In this document: in pieces, positions 45,564 through 55,933 of the stretch
How the letters are laid out: each line of letters begins with the position of its first letter
Numbering within the stretch: position 1 is the stretch's first letter
Virus record (IMG/VR): IMGVR_UViG_3300045972_000138
Location: 1 to 64,000 of that record
Length of the DNA stretch: 64,000 nucleotides
Strand: one strand, 5' to 3'
The notes under the pieces: model-generated
What the model was told of the DNA's origin: nothing
The model's database searches: none
Seen by the model: the letters and a program-made list of their open reading frames with translations, nothing else
Translations under genes and position numbers: made by a program

Positions 45564-46021
45564 GCCAATGGTATTACAGGGTCACAAAAGATCTTAGCGT
45601 AATACCCAATTTTATAGATTTTTTCGAAAGCGAGTTGGAGACAGCTCGTCTCGAATTATCTTTGAAGGGTAAGAGCTTAGAGAGACACGCAGCAGAATTA
45701 CCCGGAATAGTAGAGACACGATTTTCTCAATTGCAGGAAATTGAAGCTATATTAGAGTACCTCAATGTTCAATTGCGTAAAGATAGGTCTTTAGAATTTA
45801 AGAAGTTCCTAGAGGCGTATAACAAAGCACTTACATCAAGAGATGCAGAAAAGTATGTTGATGGTGTGCAGAGTATTGTGGATTCTACATTACTCATAAA
45901 TGAAGTTGCATTATTACGAAACAAATTCTTGTCTATTAGTAAGGCACTCGAAACTAAGAACTTCATGACAGGTCATATTATCAAATTACGGGCAGCAGGT
46001 CTCGACGACGCGAGCATTTAA
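45560..46021 (+). CDS. uvsY: Recombination mediator UvsY
   Basis: Between uvsX and uvsW; Y.E.Y.KALTSRDAEKYVDG, KNFM.GHIIKLR.AGLDD. Confidence 0.85.
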   Translation: MSQWYYRVTKDLSVIPNFIDFFESELETARLELSLKGKSLERHAAELPGIVETRFSQLQEIEAILEYLNVQLRKDRSLEFKKFLEAYNKALTSRDAEKYVDGVQSIVDSTLLINEVALLRNKFLSISKALETKNFMTGHIIKLRAAGLDDASI

Positions 46022-47484
46022 TGGCAAAAGCAACATTACACATATTAGACGAAGTTAATATCAAATTCAGTGACTTAGATCCAGGTTGCAGACGCAAAAT
46101 GGTTCAAGCACTAGAATTTGAATTACCTTATGCACGGCATACACCTGCATTTAAGTTAGGAAGATGGAATGGCAAGATGTCATTCTGTGACGTAGGTTCA
46201 CGATCGTATCTTAACTTACTTGATATACTTCTTCCTATTGTACAAACACACGGTTATGAAGTTGAAATTGATGATCGTAGGCAAGAAACTGAAGAGTTTG
46301 TGTTTGAACTTGTTGATGAAGATAGTTATAGCCATATTATGTGGCCAAAAGGCCATCCTATTGCAGGACAACCTATTAAGATTAAAGATCACCAACTAGG
46401 TGTTATTAACTCTTACTTAGAGAACATTACGGGCATTAATATTGCGCCTACAGGCTCGGGAAAGACCCTAATTACGGCGATTTTAAGCCATAAAGTACAG
46501 CCCTACGGTCGCAGCATTGTTATTGTGCCTACAAAGGATTTAGTTACTCAAACTGAAGAAGATTATATCAACTTAGGGTTAGATGTAGGTGTATTCTTCG
46601 GTGATAGAAAGGAGTATGGTAAAACCCATACTATATGCACATGGCAAAGCTTGGAAAGCCTATCGAAGCGTTCAAAAGAACAAGAACTCGAAGTGAGTAT
46701 AAGCGATTTCTTCGACGGGGTGGTCTGCGTTATCGTGGACGAGGTGCACAAAGCAAAAGCCGATGTATTGAGAAAGCTATTATCGACCAATTTAGCAAAC
46801 GCCCCAATAAGGTGGGGACTTACGGGAACAATGCCCGAAGAAGAAGCCGATAAGGTAGGTGTGCGTGCGTGCATTGGTCCTATGTTAGGTCAAATCAATA
46901 CAAAGGAACTGCAAGAGAAGGGTATTCTTGCAAAGTTGCATGTAAATGTATGGCAATTGCAAGATGTTGGTAAAGCAGCAAGCGGAAACTACCAAACTGA
47001 ACTAAAGTGGCTCACTACAAATGAAAAGCGGTTAAAATATCTTGCAGACGAAGCTATAAAGATATCTGTCAATGGAAATACGCTTATCCTTGTTGATCGC
47101 GTAGAGACAGGCGAGATGTTACAATCAATGATACCAGATTCTATTTTTGTTTCTGGTAAAATGAAGTCAAAGGACCGAAAAGAAGAATATGCCGAAGTGC
47201 AAGAAGTTGATGGTAAAGTTATTATCGCAACATACGGCGTTGCTTCTACTGGTATTAATATTGTTCGTATTTTTAACTTGATTTTGTTTGAAGCAGGAAA
47301 GAGTTTTGTTAGAGTTATTCAAAGTATTGGCCGTGGTATTCGTGTTGCGCCGGATAAGGACTTTGTAAACGTGTATGACGTATGTTCTAACTGCAAATAT
47401 AGTAAGAGCCACTTAACAAAGCGAAAGAAATTTTACAAAGAAGCGGAATATCCGTTTACTATTAAAAAAATAGACTACGTATGA
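46021..47484 (+). CDS. uvsW: SF2 helicase UvsW
   Basis: APTGSGKT, VDEVH, GLTGT, STGINI, QSIGRGIR. Confidence 0.93.
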   Translation: MAKATLHILDEVNIKFSDLDPGCRRKMVQALEFELPYARHTPAFKLGRWNGKMSFCDVGSRSYLNLLDILLPIVQTHGYEVEIDDRRQETEEFVFELVDEDSYSHIMWPKGHPIAGQPIKIKDHQLGVINSYLENITGINIAPTGSGKTLITAILSHKVQPYGRSIVIVPTKDLVTQTEEDYINLGLDVGVFFGDRKEYGKTHTICTWQSLESLSKRSKEQELEVSISDFFDGVVCVIVDEVHKAKADVLRKLLSTNLANAPIRWGLTGTMPEEEADKVGVRACIGPMLGQINTKELQEKGILAKLHVNVWQLQDVGKAASGNYQTELKWLTTNEKRLKYLADEAIKISVNGNTLILVDRVETGEMLQSMIPDSIFVSGKMKSKDRKEEYAEVQEVDGKVIIATYGVASTGINIVRIFNLILFEAGKSFVRVIQSIGRGIRVAPDKDFVNVYDVCSNCKYSKSHLTKRKKFYKEAEYPFTIKKIDYV

Positions 47485-47810
47485 CAACTGTTAGAACTGC
47501 TATTTCGGGCGGATATAGAGAATTAATCAAAACATTCTTTGATGCCAACGGATTAGACGTCAAAATATTAGAATCAGATAATATGCATAATCATCTTATG
47601 CTAATATACGAGGATGGATCTGATACAGCATATCAAATAACATTTATGTCTGTAAAACATCTTGGTTTTGAAAATATGTTATGCGATTATCTAATACGTT
47701 GTGGCGTGAATGCCGAACGTATTAGTCTTGGCAGAGTAGAAGCAAAACGCGATATGAAAGAACTTGACGAGATGTGGGAAAAACATCGCAGAAATATAGG
47801 TCTTGCATAA
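47481..47810 (+). CDS. Hypothetical protein
   Basis: Coupled ORF, 109 aa. Confidence 0.65.
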   Translation: MTTVRTAISGGYRELIKTFFDANGLDVKILESDNMHNHLMLIYEDGSDTAYQITFMSVKHLGFENMLCDYLIRCGVNAERISLGRVEAKRDMKELDEMWEKHRRNIGLA

Positions 47811-48100
47811 TGAAATCTATTCGTACACCATTATCAGCGGGCGATGCTGAAGTATTTAGATCATTTTTGGGTGTTGTTGGATTAACAGACATTTTTATTG
47901 GCAACTACGAGCATATATCCGAACGGTGGTATAGGCAAGATTGCCTATGCTATGCTTATAATGAGAAAGACGAAGAAGTGGTTGCATTAATGACATACAT
48001 TTCGTTAAAATACGGTAGCCTATACAGTGCTTTTTGCAGGTATATGATTGATATACAAACCTCATCGGTCAATGACCCATATTTTAACTGGACACTATAA
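47810..48100 (+). CDS. Hypothetical protein
   Basis: ATG 47810 coupled (TAATG). Confidence 0.6.
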   Translation: MKSIRTPLSAGDAEVFRSFLGVVGLTDIFIGNYEHISERWYRQDCLCYAYNEKDEEVVALMTYISLKYGSLYSAFCRYMIDIQTSSVNDPYFNWTL

Positions 48101-48603
48101 TGAGAATTTTAACAAACGATAATGTAGCATACGAACTGGATAAAGTTCCTAACGAAATTGAGGATATCAGATACTGTGTTCTGGATTACTCAGATCCTAA
48201 AAATCCAGACTATTTCTTTATTCCACTTATCTTCTTAGAGAGTTTTTATGCACCAGCCGTTGTGTTGCAAATTGACAAATATAAAATTCAGATGCCATTA
48301 GATTGGTCTATTCTTGTTTGTGATAACGATTATAGTGATTTAGAAATTATGCCACTTACAAGTTTGAATGATCGTGGATTTCACACAATGGTTTATAATC
48401 CGCTAAGGCACATGGTTCCGCGTCCAAAAGAAGTAATGATTACAAACGTGTATGCAGAGGTAAAATGGTTCTTTCCAAAATTGAAACACGGAAATATTTT
48501 AGTTGTGCCGTTAGATGACAGCCCTCATCCTAATTGTGCATTGTTTGTAAAAGATTCTAATAAATTACCCGATGTAATCGATATTGGAGCACTGTTCGAA
48601 TGA
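48100..48603 (+). CDS. Conserved phage hypothetical protein
   Basis: 167 aa; PLIFLESF.APA, W.FPKLK.G. Confidence 0.75.
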   Translation: MRILTNDNVAYELDKVPNEIEDIRYCVLDYSDPKNPDYFFIPLIFLESFYAPAVVLQIDKYKIQMPLDWSILVCDNDYSDLEIMPLTSLNDRGFHTMVYNPLRHMVPRPKEVMITNVYAEVKWFFPKLKHGNILVVPLDDSPHPNCALFVKDSNKLPDVIDIGALFE

Positions 48604-49157
48604 CAGATAGCGTAGCAGATTGGTTAAGCGGTTTCCGTGAACTTAATCCGGATGCCGCCATTGTTGAAGATGAAAAAGCTACTAAGAAAGAAAGCACTCT
48701 TACATTAGCAATGGAATTACCGGCAATGGATTACCGTAATAGGGATTTCTATATAAATCTTTCGGAAGAACATAAGAAAGAAATAAGCCTATGGTTACTA
48801 ATGAGGTATATGAGTTCATCGCAAGGAGATGCTGTGGATCATTTATTATTAGTAAACAACGTAGTTAATAAACACTTCTCATCGTTATCAAAACATCCAG
48901 AATTACAATGGAAGTTGCTTACAGTATGTGGTACAAATAAAAAACAATACCACCCCTGGATTGCACCGGGCAGAAAAGCAAAGAAAAACAGATTAGAAGA
49001 AACATTATTAACTTATTTTCCGTTAATGAAAGATTCTGATTTAGAAATGTTGCAGACAATAAACACGAAAGAAGATTTTGAGCAATTCTTTAAAGCAAAT
49101 GCAGTCGACGACAAAACCATTAAAGAACTCCTTAAAGGCGAAGCAAAAGGAAAGTAG
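48600..49157 (+). CDS. Putative clamp-loader small subunit (gp62-like)
   Basis: WLLMRYMSS..VN...N, LQW.LL..CG..KKQYHPW pattern; replication-module context. Confidence 0.5.
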   Translation: MTDSVADWLSGFRELNPDAAIVEDEKATKKESTLTLAMELPAMDYRNRDFYINLSEEHKKEISLWLLMRYMSSSQGDAVDHLLLVNNVVNKHFSSLSKHPELQWKLLTVCGTNKKQYHPWIAPGRKAKKNRLEETLLTYFPLMKDSDLEMLQTINTKEDFEQFFKANAVDDKTIKELLKGEAKGK

Positions 49158-49164
49158 TAAAGCT

Positions 49165-49845
49165 GTGATCCAAGACTTTGAATGTAAGTATTGTAAGAAA
49201 AAGTTCCATAAAGAAACTACGCTCATTACGCATATGTGTGTAAAGAAGCGTAGATATATGGAAATAGATACACCTGCGACGAGATTTGGGTTTAGAACAT
49301 TTCAAAAGTTCTTTGAAATATCAATGGCGTCTAAAAAGCCCAAGGCCATTCAAGAATTTATCGAAAGTGATTATTACATAGACTTTGTTAAGTTTGGCAA
49401 CCATTTAGCCAGCCTTAAACCTGTGTACCCAGACAAGTTTATTGAATTTGTAATCAGAAACGGCGTAAATCTAAAAGATTGGACCAAGGATTTTGTGTAC
49501 GATACATACATCGAAGACTTGGTAAAGAAAGAACCGGCAGAAGCAGCAGTAGACAGAACTATTACTGAAATCGTAGAGTGGTCAACTACTAATAACACGC
49601 AATTTAACGAGTTTTTTAGCCATATTTCGGCCAATGAAGCAGCATACCTTATTAAGACAGGCAAGATTAGTCCCTGGGTGTTATACCTTAGCGAATCTGG
49701 CGGTTTATTGACTAATGCATTCAACGATGACCACGCTAAAGTAGTTGGAACGATTATTGAGCCAGGATTCTGGATGAAAAAGTTTAAAAAGCAAGACGAT
49801 GATGTAGAGTACATTAGATCTGTCTTGGAACAGGCCGGACTATAA
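49165..49845 (+). CDS. Hypothetical protein with N-terminal C2H2-like zinc finger
   Basis: FECKYCKKKF....L.THMC; GTG 49165 follows the upstream stop. Confidence 0.7.
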   Translation: MIQDFECKYCKKKFHKETTLITHMCVKKRRYMEIDTPATRFGFRTFQKFFEISMASKKPKAIQEFIESDYYIDFVKFGNHLASLKPVYPDKFIEFVIRNGVNLKDWTKDFVYDTYIEDLVKKEPAEAAVDRTITEIVEWSTTNNTQFNEFFSHISANEAAYLIKTGKISPWVLYLSESGGLLTNAFNDDHAKVVGTIIEPGFWMKKFKKQDDDVEYIRSVLEQAGL

Positions 49846-50435
49846 TGCGTACTGTTGATACTGATGTCGATATAGATGTTTTTGGTAGAGATAACATCCT
49901 AGAAGGATTAGAATGCGTCTTTGGTCGCATAGATAGGTCCGAAACTAAGTTCGAGAAACACCCTACAGGTGTTTACTTTCAAAATATACCAAGAGACCCA
50001 TCATCTAATATTTCTACAATAGATTATAGGATAGCAAACGACTACGGCTATTTTAAAATTGACTTCTTGAATGTGAATATGTACGAAGGTGTTAAAAGCG
50101 AAGAACACCTTGTAGAATTGCTCAATAAAGAGCCAGAGTGGGAATATTTTCAGTATTCAGAAATTACTGACAAGTTATTCCACCTAAGTGGGCATGGGCA
50201 TCTTACACAAAAGTTTAAACCAACGTCTGTTGAAGATTTAGCAATGATATTGGCAATGATACGCCCTGCCAAAGCATATTTGCAGTCAGCAACATGGAGC
50301 AAGGTACGTAAAGAAATATGGGATAAGAGTTTAGATAGAACCGACTACCATTTTAAGCGTAGTCACTCTATCTCTTATGCGCTGGCTGTTATTGTTAACT
50401 TAAATTTACTAATCGAGCAAATATCTAGTACCTAA
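49845..50435 (+). CDS. Stand-alone DNA polymerase III alpha (DnaE)-like fragment
   Basis: TDVDID, KHPTGV, GYFKIDFL, LAMIRP, FKRSHSISY correspond to DnaE palm/fingers motifs; only 196 aa. Confidence 0.8.
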   Translation: MRTVDTDVDIDVFGRDNILEGLECVFGRIDRSETKFEKHPTGVYFQNIPRDPSSNISTIDYRIANDYGYFKIDFLNVNMYEGVKSEEHLVELLNKEPEWEYFQYSEITDKLFHLSGHGHLTQKFKPTSVEDLAMILAMIRPAKAYLQSATWSKVRKEIWDKSLDRTDYHFKRSHSISYALAVIVNLNLLIEQISST

Positions 50436-50803
50436 TCCGCCTTGCGGATGAGTTGTATTTGTCTTTTCTTGATTCTCTTCTTCATAATATTGTTTAGGCT
50501 CGTAACTGATCCAAACATAATATCGACATCTTTGTTTATTATTGTTTTTAAACAATATCTAAACTCAACCATCTGTCCTTGCAGGAAAATATTAATGGGC
50601 AACAGTCTATTACTTTCCCACCACCATATTTCGCCTAGCGTAAGAAACTGCTTTTTCTCTTCTGCAGTCCTTAACGACTCGTAATCGTAGAAACTAATAA
50701 TTTTATCATCAGAATTCTGTATAATGCCGATATATTCGACGGTTGAGCAGCGCAAACCACTCAGGAATGGGAATTTTTTATTAATTTCTTCTAAGTTTAT
50801 CAT
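50432..50803 (-). CDS. Conserved phage hypothetical protein
   Basis: TATAAATA on the - strand at 50811-50818; YIGIIQN.D, WWWESNR..PINIF. Confidence 0.75.
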   Translation of the reverse strand: MINLEEINKKFPFLSGLRCSTVEYIGIIQNSDDKIISFYDYESLRTAEEKKQFLTLGEIWWWESNRLLPINIFLQGQMVEFRYCLKTIINKDVDIMFGSVTSLNNIMKKRIKKRQIQLIRKAD

Positions 50804-50885
50804 ATTGAGTTATTTATACGATTTTTTTGGGCACAGAAATTTTTTTGACGTTGCATATGATAAATATGTAAAAAGGTGAGGATAA

Positions 50886-51755
50886 ATGGACATTACTTTC
50901 CACAAATTATATCTATATGATAATATAAGGCAGCTTCTAGTAGTGGGAGACACCTTTTGCCCAATGAAGGACAACGGCCCAATGAATAAAAACCCAATCA
51001 AAGCACACAAAGGCATAGACAACAAGATTATCTTTAGAGCACTAGGCCCTGATAGAGTTTGCGTTGATATCGCGTGCGGACAACAGGTGTATGCTCGTAT
51101 TATTGACCCAGATAATAGAAAAGTAGTATTAGAAAAGCTGTGCAGACTAGGTCCAGCAAAAGGTGTTGTTACATTAGAATTAGATAGTGGCGATATTGCG
51201 TTGATTGCACCAGGTTTATATACGATGGCTATGATTCGTACTGAAGATTTTATCGATAAGGTAGCCGATTACTATATAGAGAAGCCAATGTATAGCGATT
51301 ACAATAACAATGTTGAGATGGAGATTGTAATTACCGAACAAGCGTTCAAAGCACCATTACCTAGCATTACATATACTCCAAAAGATTGGACACCAGACAT
51401 TACTATAGCTACGTTCGGACCTGTTACACCTTCTTTCTATACAGGACGTATACCAGGTGGTAGAGTATTGAACCATATTAATTCTGTGCACTCGTTCTCA
51501 ACATATACAAAGCACTTTACGGGTATATTGCAGATCTGGGGAAGCCTTGAAGAAACACCAGACGCATATCAATCAGAATCACGTTGGTTTAAAATATACC
51601 CAACATCGATGTCGCAAGATATTGAGTTCATAGGCTACACAGGTACGCAGGCCTGGACATTTAGTGCAAACTTTATGTGGTTAAAGTTTAGATACATACC
51701 AAGTACCGCAGTATTGGACCCGGGTATATTACAGAAACTCATTGTCCGTACTTGA
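50886..51755 (+). CDS. Hypothetical late/virion protein
   Basis: SD GAGG, late box at 50859. Confidence 0.7.
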   Translation: MDITFHKLYLYDNIRQLLVVGDTFCPMKDNGPMNKNPIKAHKGIDNKIIFRALGPDRVCVDIACGQQVYARIIDPDNRKVVLEKLCRLGPAKGVVTLELDSGDIALIAPGLYTMAMIRTEDFIDKVADYYIEKPMYSDYNNNVEMEIVITEQAFKAPLPSITYTPKDWTPDITIATFGPVTPSFYTGRIPGGRVLNHINSVHSFSTYTKHFTGILQIWGSLEETPDAYQSESRWFKIYPTSMSQDIEFIGYTGTQAWTFSANFMWLKFRYIPSTAVLDPGILQKLIVRT

Positions 51756-51780
51756 TTTTCGTATAACGCTATGCTATACT
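51752..51780 (+). promoter_or_regulatory. sigma70-type promoter of primase (leaderless)
   Basis: TTGATT-17 bp-TATACT; ATG 7 nt downstream. Confidence 0.7.
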
Positions 51781-51786
51781 GTGTAG

Positions 51787-52848
51787 ATGATTATCGATGT
51801 ACTCAAGGATGCCATACTTACAAACATAGGACCGTTAAAAGCGGCTCCTAAGGGGTGGCACAAAAGAAATTGCCCACTTTGTCATACGCAAGGGCACGGT
51901 CGCGATACACGCCATCGATTCGGAATTCAATTCAACCCAAACTCTATTGTAGCTAATTGTTTCAACTGTGGATTCAGTGCAAGCTATACCGAGGGTAAGG
52001 ACTTACCACGAACATTTAGATTTCTGTTACTACAATTAGGACTAGATGAAAAGTTTGTAAAGAAGATAGAGTTTGAAATCTTCAGAACTAAGAACGACAT
52101 AGGATCTATTCGCGATGGCGAAATGGTTGTCGACTTAGAAACAAAATTTAAGACGTTATTCAGTAAATGGAAGCCCGTTGATTTACCAACAGATGCCCTA
52201 TCTATTAAGGATTGGTTGGATGCCGGGCTGGACGATCCAGAATTTTTAAGAGTTGTTGAATATACCAGGAAAAGGAAGATCACTGATTTAGACGATTTCT
52301 ACTGGTCACCACTAACTACACACAATCTTAATCAACGATTGATTATTCCCTACTATTACAGGCGTAAAATCGTAGGATTTACTGCTAGACTGTCGTATGA
52401 TTTGCCCGACAAGGAAATACCCAAATACTACCAGCAGTCGCCAACGGACTTTGTCTATAATCTTGACCCACAGGACGACTGGTCGCGTAAATACGTCGTA
52501 GTTAACGAAGGTGTTGTTGACGCCTGGGCAACAGACGGTGTTGGTATCCTAGGCGAGACAAATCAGTCAAAAATTGACATCATAAATAGACTGCAAAAAC
52601 ACGTTGTTGTCTGCCCCGACAGAGATAAGAAAGGTTGGGACCTAGTTAAAGCAGCAATCGACAACGAATGGTCAGTTTCTTTCCCAAAATGGGAACCAGG
52701 AATAAAGGATGCAGCACAAGCCGCCGTAAAGTACGGAAGGTTACTCACAACATACTCAATTATTAAATCTGCGGTATCTGGTAAAGAAAAGATAGAATTA
52801 AAGTGGAAAATCAGCCAAGCGGAACGCGAACGTAGCCGTAAATATTAA
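51787..52848 (+). CDS. gp61: DNA primase
   Basis: CPLC..CFNC zinc ribbon, RLIIPY, GFTAR, TOPRIM EGVVDA and DRD. Confidence 0.9.
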   Translation: MIIDVLKDAILTNIGPLKAAPKGWHKRNCPLCHTQGHGRDTRHRFGIQFNPNSIVANCFNCGFSASYTEGKDLPRTFRFLLLQLGLDEKFVKKIEFEIFRTKNDIGSIRDGEMVVDLETKFKTLFSKWKPVDLPTDALSIKDWLDAGLDDPEFLRVVEYTRKRKITDLDDFYWSPLTTHNLNQRLIIPYYYRRKIVGFTARLSYDLPDKEIPKYYQQSPTDFVYNLDPQDDWSRKYVVVNEGVVDAWATDGVGILGETNQSKIDIINRLQKHVVVCPDRDKKGWDLVKAAIDNEWSVSFPKWEPGIKDAAQAAVKYGRLLTTYSIIKSAVSGKEKIELKWKISQAERERSRKY

Positions 52849-52862
52849 GGAAAAAGATATCA

Positions 52863-54296
52863 ATGGAAAGCGAAATTAAAGAATACGATGCAGATGTAGA
52901 AACGTTGTTCATTCAATTTATGATGAGCAATCACGAGTTGTTTATTAGATCGGCTGGCATTTTAAAAGACACATTTTTTGATAATAAGCAGAATAAAGAT
53001 GCTGTAGGCATCATTATGTCGCACTTTGTGGAATACTCTACAATCCCGACAGTGGAACAGATTAAAGCACTTACTGGCAAGAGCATCGAGCTAATACCGG
53101 AAGTGGCTGCAAAGGAAGATAGATGGTTCTTGAAAGAAATTGAACTATTTTGCAGATATAAGGCATTACGTGATGCTATTTTAGCATCACCGGAACTCTT
53201 AGATGAAGGACGGTATGGCGAAGTCGAAACAACTATCAAATCGGCGGTGCAAATCGCGCTTGTTAAGGACCTTGGAACAGATTACTACCTTAACCCGAAG
53301 GAACGCCTTGAAGCAATTCGGGAAGGTAAGGGTCAATGTTCGACAGGGTGGAAAACAGTTGATGAAAAATTATACGGTGGACTCAACAAAGGTGAAATAA
53401 CAATCTTTGCTGGACAGTCTGGTGCAGGCAAGTCATTATTCTTGCAGAACCTTGCAGTAAATTGGGCAACAGCAGGATTAAACGTAGTTTATCTGTCACT
53501 AGAACTTAGTGAGAAGTTAAGTTCGATGCGTCTAGATGCAATGCACACTGGATATGAAACACGCGAAGTTATGCGTAGCATTGATGATGTTCACATGAAG
53601 GTTCGCGCATCACAAATGAAGAGTCGTGGTAACCTGCAAGTAAAACAGTTACCAAATGGCTGTACATCAAATGATATTCGAGCATATGTTAAAGAATACG
53701 AAATTAATAAAGGTGTAAAGGTAGATGCAATCTTAGTTGACTACTTAGACCTTATGATGCCAATGAGTAAGAAAATTAGTGCAGAAAACTTGTTCGTTAA
53801 GGACAAATATGTAACAGAAGAATTGCGTAACTTAGCAGTTGAATTAAATATTGTCACAGTATCTGCATCACAGTTAAATCGTGGCTCATATGAAGAAATT
53901 GAATTTGATCCAAGCCACATCGCAGGCGGTATTTCTAAAGTTAATACTGCAGATAATGTTATTGGTATCTTTACAAGTGCTGCAATGAAAGAAGGCGGAC
54001 GTTATCAAATTCAATTTATGAAAACACGTTCAAGTTCTGGTGTTGGATCTAAGGTTGACCTGGCATTTAATAATAAGAGTCTACGTATTAGTGATTTAGA
54101 AGAAGGCGATGCAGATGCAGTGACAGCAACGTCCAATAATATTTACGAACAGTTGAAGAAAAAGAGTATTGTTAGATCCGGAGAAAAGGTAGAACCAACT
54201 ACTGGAGAAATAACAAGCATGACACCGCGTCCACAACCGCAGTCAAATACACTTGCAGGTGCTAACGCTGTTCGCGCTTTCCTCAAGAAACGTTAA
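52863..54296 (+). CDS. gp41: Replicative DnaB-like helicase
   Basis: GQSGAGKS, SLEL.E, VDYLDLM, SASQLNR, KTRSS.G.G. Confidence 0.95.
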   Translation: MESEIKEYDADVETLFIQFMMSNHELFIRSAGILKDTFFDNKQNKDAVGIIMSHFVEYSTIPTVEQIKALTGKSIELIPEVAAKEDRWFLKEIELFCRYKALRDAILASPELLDEGRYGEVETTIKSAVQIALVKDLGTDYYLNPKERLEAIREGKGQCSTGWKTVDEKLYGGLNKGEITIFAGQSGAGKSLFLQNLAVNWATAGLNVVYLSLELSEKLSSMRLDAMHTGYETREVMRSIDDVHMKVRASQMKSRGNLQVKQLPNGCTSNDIRAYVKEYEINKGVKVDAILVDYLDLMMPMSKKISAENLFVKDKYVTEELRNLAVELNIVTVSASQLNRGSYEEIEFDPSHIAGGISKVNTADNVIGIFTSAAMKEGGRYQIQFMKTRSSSGVGSKVDLAFNNKSLRISDLEEGDADAVTATSNNIYEQLKKKSIVRSGEKVEPTTGEITSMTPRPQPQSNTLAGANAVRAFLKKR

Positions 54297-54333
54297 TACT
54301 TGATAAATAGTTGAACAAACTGGAGATACTACA

Positions 54334-54606
54334 TTGTCTATAAATCGTAAGAGCAGATCTATTCTAGAGGAAATTAGTACATATGTACCTCAAAAGAATA
54401 AAGAAGATCTCATTGAGGCTCGCGCACAGCATATTATAGTTTCTGCCATAAACTTATTAGAGTCGATTGATGAACACTTCTCGGCCGAGGATGCAGAATC
54501 ATTAAAGAAACGTTTTGTCTCTAGCATACGTGGTTCGGATCCTAATAGATTCACACGTATGGTAAAGCGTATCAAATTTGGTGAGTCAATTGAGAGTGAT
54601 GAATAA
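54334..54606 (+). CDS. Hypothetical late protein
   Basis: TTG start with SD GGAG; late box at 54302. Confidence 0.7.
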   Translation: MSINRKSRSILEEISTYVPQKNKEDLIEARAQHIIVSAINLLESIDEHFSAEDAESLKKRFVSSIRGSDPNRFTRMVKRIKFGESIESDE

Positions 54607-55859
54607 TGTCACCAAAAGAGTTAACAGCACAATGGATCGAATATCTTAAAAGTAGCGGTATTGCAAACAAGCAATCTGCACCAGATGGTAGATTAAACTA
54701 TTTAAGAAAAGTAACAGTCCCTGATCTTTCAAAATTCTTAGAAATTCACGGTGATTTTAATCCAGTAGTGATAAAGAAAGCAATTAGTTCAGTATTAGCA
54801 AATAAGAAGCCGGGTACAGCCGTTGCTACACAGCAACAACCACAACAAGGTGCTGGAAATCAACAGCAACCTACTAATAATCCTGCTATACAAGGTCCTG
54901 CTGCACAACCTACACCTGCACCGAAGAAATTTAATACTGATGATGCAGAAGATATAGAGCCACACGAACCTACACAACAGCAACAACCACAAAAACCGAG
55001 GGTGAAACCTGTAGGTAGAGATGCTAGTGGTAAAATGAGATATAAACCAGTAAACGAAGACATTCGTGACGTAGGCCAACCAGACTTAGATGAAGATGAT
55101 GTTGAAAATGTCTTTAAATTATTGTTGAATCCACCTAAGCAACAACCAAAGCCTAAACAGGGGTCTAAATATCCTTTCAAGAATGCAAAGACTCCTGCAG
55201 TCAGCGGCGATGAAGCAAAGGCACAGGAACTAGAACAACTAAAAGAGTTTATAAGCAAGAAAATGAATTCTACACAACGAAAGATGCTGTGGGATTTATT
55301 GCAGCCATCGACGGTTGCAGAAGCATTTGCTAGTTCAGATGATGCATCGAAAATATTTGCCGCTATAAGTAAAATGCATAGCAATACAGGTAATTTAGAT
55401 ATTGAAGATTTAAAACGTGCCTGGCAAAAAGCACATAGTCCAGATACAGTGGCAGAAATAAAACAGTTATTGCAGCATCTTGGCTACGATGATAAAAGTA
55501 TAGATCAGGCAATATATAGTTCAGTGGGTCCGCAATCCGACGACGATGAAGAGGAAGATGATTCGGGTCAGAACCAAGTAGACGAAGCCGTAAAGAAAAT
55601 TGCCGACTATATAAAGCAGGCAGGCATAACAAACGAAGTTGTTGAGTTTATGCAGAAGCATTTTGCTGAAGATATCTCACCAAAGCCCGGTATGTTCCAA
55701 AAGATGAAAAACTTTGGCAATAAAATGTTTGGCCGTAAAGCAACTACAGAAGAAATTAAACGTATATTTGTCAATATACTTAAAGAAGATAGAAAGTGTC
55801 TTCCGGAAATACAGAGATTAGTAGAAGCATCAAACTTGGGTCGTAGTAGAAAGAAGTAA
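54606..55859 (+). CDS. Hypothetical protein with Gln/Pro-rich linker
   Basis: 417 aa coupled ORF. Confidence 0.75.
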   Translation: MSPKELTAQWIEYLKSSGIANKQSAPDGRLNYLRKVTVPDLSKFLEIHGDFNPVVIKKAISSVLANKKPGTAVATQQQPQQGAGNQQQPTNNPAIQGPAAQPTPAPKKFNTDDAEDIEPHEPTQQQQPQKPRVKPVGRDASGKMRYKPVNEDIRDVGQPDLDEDDVENVFKLLLNPPKQQPKPKQGSKYPFKNAKTPAVSGDEAKAQELEQLKEFISKKMNSTQRKMLWDLLQPSTVAEAFASSDDASKIFAAISKMHSNTGNLDIEDLKRAWQKAHSPDTVAEIKQLLQHLGYDDKSIDQAIYSSVGPQSDDDEEEDDSGQNQVDEAVKKIADYIKQAGITNEVVEFMQKHFAEDISPKPGMFQKMKNFGNKMFGRKATTEEIKRIFVNILKEDRKCLPEIQRLVEASNLGRSRKK

Positions 55860-55933
55860 GCCGGTTTTTATTCCAAGATGATAAATAAAGTTATGAATAG
55901 GACAATCCTATCACAAATTAAGGAGTTATTAAA

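Noticed and set aside
39283-54296. Inteins or introns in TerL, UvsX, UvsW, primase or helicase
   Set aside because: Lengths are ordinary and motifs contiguous; no intein splice motifs seen.
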